Positions 28,041-35,600 of a stretch of 64,000 nt of DNA are shown piece after piece. The translations under genes were made by a program, and so were the position numbers. Position 1 is the first letter of the stretch; the number at the start of each line of letters is the position of its first letter. The DNA lies in assembly GCA_046593925.1 (NCBI GenBank), contig JBKJQN010000039.1:13763-77762 (forward strand), in the 5' to 3' direction. The DNA comes from Mycobacteriales bacterium (lineage in GTDB: Bacteria > Actinomycetota > Actinomycetes > Mycobacteriales > SCTD01). The notes below the pieces were generated by a model that had not been told where the DNA came from, searched no databases, and saw only the letters and a program-made list of their open reading frames with translations.

Positions 28041-29195
28041 GTGGAGGTGCTCGCCGCAGGTCTCGGACTGGTGGCCGGCGTGCTCGTCGGCGTTCTGGTG
28101 CTGCTCGTCGCCCTGCGGGCACGCCGCGTGCCCCCCGTGTCGGCCGCCCCGCTGCCCTCGTCGGTGCTGAGCGCGGTCGACGTCATCCACGCCCTGCCCG
28201 TCGCGGTCGCGGTGCTCGACGGCCAGGATGACGTCGTCCTCGCCAACAGCTCGGCGGTGCACCTGGGCGTCGTCCGCGACGACCGGGTACTCGTCGCCGA
28301 GCTGCGCCGCCTGGTGCGAGACACCCGCCGCAGCGGCACCGCACACGACGCCGAGCTCGAGCTCGCCGCGTCTCGGTTGGGCCGGGTGCCCGAGGCTGTC
28401 CGGGTCCGGCTGACCCCGATCGGCGGCGCCGGGCACGTCGCCCTGCTCGTCGAGGACGTCACCGAGGCCCGTCGGGTCGAGGCGGTCCGCCGCGACTTCG
28501 TCGCCAACGTCAGCCACGAGCTCAAGACGCCGGTCGGGGCGATGGGTCTGCTGGCCGAGGCCCTGCTGGACTGCGCGGCCGACCAGGTCGCCGTACGCCG
28601 ATTCGCCGGTCGCGTGCAGCACGAGGCCGATCGCCTCGCCCGGCTCGTCCAGGAGCTGATCGACCTGTCCCGCCTGCAAGGGGCCGACCCGCTGCCCGAC
28701 CCCGAGACGGTGTCGGTGGACCGGGTCGTCGCCGAGGCGGTCGACCGCACCCGCACCCTGGCTGCCGCGCGCGGCAGCGCCCTGGTCATCGGCGGCGAGC
28801 GCGGGCTGTCCGTGCTGGGCAGCGAGAGCCAGCTGGTCACGGCGCTGGCGAACCTGCTCGACAACGCCGTCGCCTACAGCCCGGACCGGACCCGGGTCGC
28901 GGTGGCCGTCCGCCGGCGCGAGGGCGCCGTCGAGATGAGCGTGACCGACCAGGGCATCGGGATCGCCGACAAGGACCTCGAGCGGGTCTTCGAGCGGTTC
29001 TACCGGGCCGACCCGGCGCGCTCCCGGGCCACCGGCGGCACCGGCCTGGGGCTCGCCATCGTCAAGCATGTCGCCACCAACCACGGCGGTGAGGTCGACG
29101 TGTGGAGCGTCGAGGGCTCCGGCTCGACGTTCACCCTGCGCCTGCCGGCGGCGACCCCCGCCCCGGCCCCCCTGCTGATCCGAGGAGTCGCGTGA
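28041..29195 (+). CDS. senX3: Sensor histidine kinase SenX3/PhoR
   Basis: RRDFVANVSHELKTPVGA, NLLDNAVAYS, VTDQGIGI, FERFYRADPARSRATGGTGLGLAIVKH. Confidence 0.95.
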   Translation: MEVLAAGLGLVAGVLVGVLVLLVALRARRVPPVSAAPLPSSVLSAVDVIHALPVAVAVLDGQDDVVLANSSAVHLGVVRDDRVLVAELRRLVRDTRRSGTAHDAELELAASRLGRVPEAVRVRLTPIGGAGHVALLVEDVTEARRVEAVRRDFVANVSHELKTPVGAMGLLAEALLDCAADQVAVRRFAGRVQHEADRLARLVQELIDLSRLQGADPLPDPETVSVDRVVAEAVDRTRTLAAARGSALVIGGERGLSVLGSESQLVTALANLLDNAVAYSPDRTRVAVAVRRREGAVEMSVTDQGIGIADKDLERVFERFYRADPARSRATGGTGLGLAIVKHVATNHGGEVDVWSVEGSGSTFTLRLPAATPAPAPLLIRGVA

Positions 29196-29872
29196 CCCGC
29201 GTGCTGCTGGTCGAGGACGAGGAGTCGTTCTCCGACCCGCTGTCCTACCTGCTGAAGGCGGAAGGGTTCGAGGTGGCCGTCGCGTCGACCGGGCCCCAGG
29301 CGCTCGCTGAGTACGACCGCAGCGGCGCCGACATCGTGCTGCTGGACCTGATGCTGCCCGGGCTGTCCGGCACCGAGGTCTGCCGCGCGCTGCGCCAGCG
29401 CGGCTCCGTGCCGGTGATCATGCTGACGGCCCGCGACAGTGAGATCGACAAGGTGGTCGGCCTCGAGCTGGGCGCCGACGACTACGTCACCAAGCCTTAC
29501 TCCACCCGCGAGCTGCTGGCGCGGATGCGTGCGGTGCTGCGCCGCGGAGCCGAACCTGAGGAACCGGCCCCGGCGGCACTGGAGGCCGGGCCGGTGCGGA
29601 TGGACGTCGACCGGCACGTCGTCACGGTCGCCGGTGAGCATGTCCAGCTGCCGCTCAAGGAGTTCGAGCTGCTCGAGCTGCTGCTGCGCAACGCCGGTCG
29701 GGTGCTGACCCGCGGCCAGCTGATCGACCGGGTCTGGGGAGCCGACTACGTCGGTGACACCAAGACCCTCGACGTGCATGTCAAGCGGCTGCGCGCCAAG
29801 GTCGAGCCCGACCCCGGCCTGCCCCGGCACCTGGTCACGGTCAGGGGGCTGGGCTACAAGTTCGAGCCTTGA
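29192..29872 (+). CDS. regX3: Response regulator RegX3/PhoP
   Basis: MTRVLLVEDEESF, LLDLMLPG, EIDKVVGLELGADDYVTKPYS, LIDRVWGADYVGDTKTLDVHVKRLR. Confidence 0.96.
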   Translation: MTRVLLVEDEESFSDPLSYLLKAEGFEVAVASTGPQALAEYDRSGADIVLLDLMLPGLSGTEVCRALRQRGSVPVIMLTARDSEIDKVVGLELGADDYVTKPYSTRELLARMRAVLRRGAEPEEPAPAALEAGPVRMDVDRHVVTVAGEHVQLPLKEFELLELLLRNAGRVLTRGQLIDRVWGADYVGDTKTLDVHVKRLRAKVEPDPGLPRHLVTVRGLGYKFEP

Positions 29873-29893
29873 GCGACGTCCGGTCGGCCTCGC

Positions 29894-31270
29894 TCAGACG
29901 AGCCGGTCGGGCAGCGCCGTGCCGGCCAGGACCGCGGCCACGGTCACCAGTGCTGCGGCGAGCGCCAGCTCGATGCGGACGGCCGACGCGAGGTCGCCGC
30001 AGGCGGTGAGCCGGGCGCTGACCGACGCGGCACGCGAGGACATCCGCGGGACGGTCCAGACGGTGGTGAGCGCCGCGACCAGCAGCACGGTCGCCCACAG
30101 GGCCAGCTTGATCACCAGTTCGACCCCCCAGGGCGCGTGCAACTGGGCCGGCCCGTGGATGTTGCGCAGCGCCGGGTACGCGCCGGTCAGCAGCACCGTG
30201 AGCATCGCGAGCTGGGCCGTCCGGGCGAAGGCCCCGGTGAAGGCAGCGGCCGTACCGGCGGCGGCGAGCTGGTCGCGGGGCACCAGGTCGCGGGCGGTGG
30301 GCATCGCAGCGAGTGCCAGCCCGAGCAGGCCGCCGGTCCACACGCCGGCGGCGAGCAGGTGCGTCCAGTCCAAGGCCACGCCGAGCGCGGCGCCGGTGCT
30401 CGCGACGGCCGCGTGACTCGCGAGCGAGACCGTGGCCAGCAGCGCGAGTGGCAGGACCGCCAGTGCGGCGTCGGGGACCGCGCCGGCCGTCTCCCGCCGT
30501 GCGGGACGGGCGTGCAGCAGCAGGCCGGCCACCGCCAGCAGCCCCAGGAGCCGGGCGCCCAGCAGGTGGCCGGGCCGGGTTGCGGTCACCAGGTGCCACA
30601 CATCGCCGAGGTGACCGCCGACCGAGAGGGCGGCAAAGCCGCGGGACTGCGCCGCGCTGTCGAGCAGCAGCAACAGGCCGCCAAAGCCGGCCAGGCCGGT
30701 GGCGGCGAGCTGCCAGGGCCACAACCGCTGGAGCACCCGGCGGCGGGTTGCGGTGAGGTGCTCGGCCGGCAGGTGACGGGTGGCGGGGCGGATGACGAGC
30801 CATCGGAAGGCGGTCAGGCCAACGAGCGCGAGCAGGCCGATGTCTGCCAGCGCCCGGCCCGTGCCCCCGAGCAGGGAGGGGACCCCACCGCTGCTGCTGA
30901 TCTCTGCGTCGAGGGCCAGGGTCGGCGCCCCGATGGCGAAGCGCAGCGCGCCACCGACCGGGTGCCCGTCGACCGACAGGACATGGAAGCGGACCGCATA
31001 GGTCCCTGGCGCCAGCCCGGTCGGCAACCGGGCCTGCAGCGTGTGGCCATCCGATGGGCGGCCGACCACCTCGATGCCGTCGAGCCGGCGCCCGTCCGGT
31101 GCGAAGACGTCCAGCTGGCCCTGGCCGGACTCGACCAGCTCGTCGAAGCGCAGCTCGACGCGGGTGGGCGCCTGTGGCAGGACGCTGCCCGCCGCGGGGT
31201 CACTGGCGACCAGCTCGGCGTGCGCGGATGCCGGGCCCGCGCCGACCCCGACCAGCAGCAGCGCCAGCAC
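29894..31270 (-). CDS. copCD: CopC-CopD fusion copper resistance/uptake protein
   Basis: Signal then AHAELVASDPAAGSVL (N-terminal His), FHVLSVDGHP, and the multi-TM CopD part DWTHLLAAGVWTGGL. Confidence 0.9.
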   Translation of the reverse strand: MLALLLVGVGAGPASAHAELVASDPAAGSVLPQAPTRVELRFDELVESGQGQLDVFAPDGRRLDGIEVVGRPSDGHTLQARLPTGLAPGTYAVRFHVLSVDGHPVGGALRFAIGAPTLALDAEISSSGGVPSLLGGTGRALADIGLLALVGLTAFRWLVIRPATRHLPAEHLTATRRRVLQRLWPWQLAATGLAGFGGLLLLLDSAAQSRGFAALSVGGHLGDVWHLVTATRPGHLLGARLLGLLAVAGLLLHARPARRETAGAVPDAALAVLPLALLATVSLASHAAVASTGAALGVALDWTHLLAAGVWTGGLLGLALAAMPTARDLVPRDQLAAAGTAAAFTGAFARTAQLAMLTVLLTGAYPALRNIHGPAQLHAPWGVELVIKLALWATVLLVAALTTVWTVPRMSSRAASVSARLTACGDLASAVRIELALAAALVTVAAVLAGTALPDRLV

Positions 31271-31320
31271 GACGGTGGAACCTGCTCGCAGCCACTGGGC
31301 CCGGCGCCCCCGGGCCCGGG

Positions 31321-31974
31321 TCAGTGCGGGTGCCCGTCAGGTGCGGTCGCGACCTGGTCGGTCGTCCCGAGGGCGACCCGCAGGGCAGCGCTGGAGCCGG
31401 GGTCGGTGTACTCCAGCCACAGCTGCGAGCCGTCTGTCGGGGTGACCATCGTCAGGCGCGCGTCGACGGTCGAGCGTGCCGGGAGCGGACCGGCCTGCAG
31501 GGTGGTCCCGGTTACGGGCACCACCGCTGCCGGCCGGCCGGCGTGTTCGGTGGCCAGCCGGAACTGGCCCGCCTGCACGACGACGGGAGCTCGCCCGGTG
31601 TTGTTCAGCGTGACCAGGACGTTGACCTGCGCCGAGCCCTGCGCCACGAGGTCGGACACGCCGTGCGACATGCCGCCGAGGTCCTCGGCGCTCAACCCGT
31701 TGTCGAGCGTGACCTCCCGGACGGTCAGCGCGCCGAAGCTGGTGCGCACGGGATCGCCGACGGCCAGTCCGCTCGTCGAGGGATCAGCCAGCGCGCCGAG
31801 GGCGGCGTGCTCGCCGCGGGTTCTGACCAGGTCGGTGATCCGCACGGCGCCGGCCGTGGAGGCCACCGCGACCGCGAGCACTCCGGCGACAACCAGCGTC
31901 GCCAGCGCGGGGCTGCCTGGTCGTCGTGGGGCAGCGGCGAGCCGCCGGGTGGGTACGGAGCTGGTGAGCGTCAC
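31321..31974 (-). CDS. Exported/anchored beta-sandwich protein (DUF4352-like) with a GGMSHG motif
   Basis: N-terminal TM/signal; VRTSFGALTV, DLGGMSHGVSDLV, VTLNNTG, QFRL, LWLEYTDPG. Confidence 0.72.
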   Translation of the reverse strand: MTLTSSVPTRRLAAAPRRPGSPALATLVVAGVLAVAVASTAGAVRITDLVRTRGEHAALGALADPSTSGLAVGDPVRTSFGALTVREVTLDNGLSAEDLGGMSHGVSDLVAQGSAQVNVLVTLNNTGRAPVVVQAGQFRLATEHAGRPAAVVPVTGTTLQAGPLPARSTVDARLTMVTPTDGSQLWLEYTDPGSSAALRVALGTTDQVATAPDGHPH

Positions 31975-32024
31975 GGGGCGTCTCTCGGTCGACGGCGGCA
32001 GGGCTGGCAGCAGTGTGGGTCGGC

Positions 32025-32044
32025 GACCTTTGGCAAACCCTTGG
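32025..32044 (-). promoter_or_regulatory. AAGG-N8-AAGG direct repeat upstream of the 31974 gene
   Basis: Minus strand ccaagggtttgccaaaggtc; resembles the site at 37779-37797. Confidence 0.4.
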
Positions 32045-32077
32045 CCCCATTCCGAGTCACGTCCGGCGAGCTCCGGC

Positions 32078-32623
32078 TCAGGCCCCCGGCCGCCAGGCGC
32101 CGGGGATGCTGAGGGTCTGCTCGAACGTGACCTTGGTCGGGCGCAGGTCGTCCGGGGTCACGAAGGTCACCCAGCCGCGTACGCAGCCGGTGAGACCCGG
32201 CGCGTCCGGGAGCGGCGGCTGGGGGAACTGCGGCAGCAGCACCTTGGTCACCTGCGCGGTCCGCCCCTGGTCGTCGCCGAGGACCCAGGCCGGGTAGCCG
32301 AGCGCGACGGGACGGGTGCGACAGACCTGGACGTCGGCGCTGGCCCAGTGCGACGCCGACGCCGCCGGCGCCAGGGCGGGGTCCGGCGCGACCCGGTCGC
32401 GCAGGTCGAACACGCTCAGCACCGCGGGCACGTCCCCGGTTCCCGGCCCGAAGCTGCTGGCCACGAGCACCTGCTGCCCGGTCCCCAGCCTCACCGCCGC
32501 CGCCCGCGGAGCCGGTGGTGCGGTGGGGCTGGGCTCCCCACCGCCCACCGTGGTGCCGCTGCGGCATCCGCCGAGCAGCACCGTCGCCAGGACGAGTGCG
32601 GCCAGGGGCGGCCGAGCTGTCAA
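32078..32623 (-). CDS. Lipoprotein (DUF4352-like fold)
   Basis: Lipobox LLGGC; VQVCR...GCVRGWVTFVTP; TTG start 4 nt after the oxidase stop. Confidence 0.78.
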   Translation of the reverse strand: MTARPPLAALVLATVLLGGCRSGTTVGGGEPSPTAPPAPRAAAVRLGTGQQVLVASSFGPGTGDVPAVLSVFDLRDRVAPDPALAPAASASHWASADVQVCRTRPVALGYPAWVLGDDQGRTAQVTKVLLPQFPQPPLPDAPGLTGCVRGWVTFVTPDDLRPTKVTFEQTLSIPGAWRPGA

Positions 32624-32627
32624 CCTG

Positions 32628-35600
32628 TCAGCCGCCCGTCAGGCAGCTGGGTTCGCCGGCCGGCAGGCCGGCGCAGCTGACCGGTCGGGGGGCCACCCGG
32701 ATCAGCCCCCAGGCGCCGACCTGGGTGAACGGGCGCCGCAGGTCGCCGTAGAAGTAGTCGCCGGTCTGCTGCGCGAAACCGCCGGCGCCCCCCTCGACCC
32801 AGGCGTCGAACGACTCACCGGGCCCCAGCGCCTGGTTGGCGTCGTACTCGCTGCCGGGGATGAGCATGTCGCGCGGAGCCTCCAGGCCGCCCAGGGTGAA
32901 CACGTGCCCCTGCTCGCTGCCCGGGGTCACGCTTTCGTGGACCAGCAGGCCGTCACCGGCATAGGTCTTCACCACGGGTGTCGCCGGGTCTACGGTGCCG
33001 CCCGGGTCGGCGTAGGTCGCCGAGGTGTCCCCGGCGGGCGCCCGCTGGTAGTTGATCACCGTCGCACCCTGCTCCGCGTTCGTGGGGTAGGGCATGAAGT
33101 CCTGGGACATCCGCGGGTCGTTGTCGGCCAGCAGCAGCGACACGTCCCGGTAGTCCTGCCGGTTGGGCCCGGCGATCGGGGCGGGCAGGTGCACGTCGAC
33201 CTGCGCACCGACCGCGGTCGGGGTGTGGCCCGGCCCGAACGTCGCCCCCTGCGGCGAGACCACGACGGCTCCGTACAGCCCCAGCTTCTGACTGTCATGG
33301 CTGTCGTCGCCGGCCAGGTCGGCGACCGTGGCGCTGCCGAGGAAGGCGCTGTCGGCGTAGGAGGTGTACGCGCGGCTGGTGCCTGGGGCCGTCGTGGCCG
33401 CCGGGCTGTAGCCGACGGCGACCCCGGACGAGCCGGCGCTGCGGTCGAGCTTGCCCACGGCGAAGGTGGCCGGCGCCGAGCGGTTGTTGGTGAGGGTGAC
33501 GACGAGGCAGTCGCCGGCCGCGACGTGCAGCACCAGGGGCTCGGGCTTGACGGTGCCGGCCAGCAGCCCGGCCACGGCCGAGGAGGCGGCGAACACCGCC
33601 TGGTTGCTGCCGAGATCCAGGGCGGTCACGTCGTAGGACTTCACCGGCGCCCCGGTCGGGCACGGGCTGGCGTTGTCGACGGCGTTCGGTGCCGGCGGGC
33701 TGGAGCTGGCGGCGGGCCGGACCCAGGTGCCGCCGGGAGCCGGATTGTCCGGCAGGGGCAGCAGGTCGCCGGCATTGGCCGGCAGGACCCGCACGATGCC
33801 CCAGGCGCCCTGGGCGGTGCGGCGAGCGATACCGTTGGAGTAGAGGTAGTCGCCGGGCCGGCTCCTGCCCTTCGGTCCGTTGCCCTCCAGGGCGAGCGTG
33901 TACTTCTCGCTCATCCCGTAGTGGATCGTGTCCGCCGGGCTCCCGACGGTCACGGGCGTCCCCCCGCCCGGGTCACCCTGCACGATCCCATTGACGCCCA
34001 GGGTCATCCTGGCCTCGATGTCGAAGCGCTGGCCCTGGAAGCGAAGTGTGTCCAGTGTCGGGCTGACGTTGATGGTCCGCACGACCAGCGGGTCGCCCGG
34101 GTAGCCGCGCAGCAGCGGGGTCTTGGGGTCGCCGTACGTATAGGAGGAGTAGCGGTTCGCTGCGCTCGGACGCTCGGTGAACGGAGCGGCCTTCAAGTTG
34201 ATCGTGGAGTAATCGCCGTTGTCGTTGTCGTTGATCGTCCACAGTGCCAGCTCGCGGAAGCTGCCGTTGACGTGCCCGGGAAGCAGGTCCTGGTAGCCCG
34301 GCGCGGACCTGTTGGCGACGATGTCCGCGATCGTGCCCGACTTGATCTCGGCGCTGTGGTTACCGGGGGCGTAGAACTTCGACCCGGCCGGCTCGACGAT
34401 CAGCTGCCCGACCAGGCCGTGGCCCCAGCCGTGGATGCCGTCGACGTGGTCGTGCCAGAAGATGTTGTCGAGCTGCGTGTCGGCGTACCACTCGTACTGG
34501 ATGAACTCGAAGCCGGCGCGGTCGGTGACCGGGTGGGCGTTCCTGAGCGGTGCGTCCAGGGTGACGGTGTTGGCTGTCGGGTTGACGGCGAGGACCTGCC
34601 GGACCTCGATCCCCTCGCTGCCCATACCGACCCCGATGAACGGGTGGGAAGGGGCGCCGGTCGCCGTGCGGTCCTGGAACTTGGCCACGCTGGTGAGCTG
34701 CAGACTTGTCGCGCCGCCGCTGCTTGCCGTGCGCAGCGTCGGGTCCTCGACCTGGTACGGCCGGACGGAGTGCTCGTACGCGAAGCCGGTCGAGACGCCG
34801 TCGGAGCCCTGCACGTCGAACTGCACGTGGTGGATGTGCATCGTGGTCTTGGACCAGCCGTCGAAGGTGGTCGCGTCGGGGATCTCGTTGGTCAGCGTCA
34901 CTTTCGCGCAGTCACCCACATTCACGCGCAGGGCCAGCGGCTGGGACGTCGGGTCGCTGTAGACCTTGCGCTTGTCCTGGGCGAGCGTGAACAGCTTGCC
35001 CTCCCGGTCGGTGATCGTGGCGCTGCGCTGCACCGGGGTGGCGATGGCGACGACGTTGAAGTGCCGGGTCGGGGTCGGCCCGCCGGTCGAGGTCCGCGCC
35101 GGGCACAGCCCATCAGGCCGATAGGCGTACGGGTCCACGGTCGGCTGGACGGTCACTGCCGGGTCGGGGTCGGCGCGGAAGCTCGAGTCGATCGGACCTG
35201 GTGAGTCGGCGCTCTGCGGGTCGGTGGTCTTGGAGTGCTGTGCTCCCGGCGCGGCGTCACCGTGCTCGCCGAGCAGCGGTGAGCCGGAGTGGCCCTGCGG
35301 GCTGAACGGTGGTCGGCTGCCCAGGTGGGTGCGCAGGACCGGGAAGGCCGGCCGGCCGTCGACGGGGTTGAACAGCTGGGCGGGCCGTCCCCGGCCGGTG
35401 GCGTCGGTCTCGTAGAACAGCGGCTGCGCCGTGGACAGGTCGAACTGCGGGTGCTGCGCGCTCCCCTGCCGCTTGAGGTCGGTGGTCTGCAGGCCGGGGT
35501 GCTGGGGGATGTCGGACTGGTTGGGCCAGGCGCCGGCCCCGGTGCCGGTGGGGGTGATGTCCTCGGGCTCGGCGAGTGCGATCGCGGGGTTGGCTTTCGA

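Noticed and set aside
32316-35204. 962-aa plus-strand ORF (also 35289-36269 and 36381-37565)
   Set aside because: Antisense shadows of the oxidase; no motifs, and expected in high-GC coding DNA.
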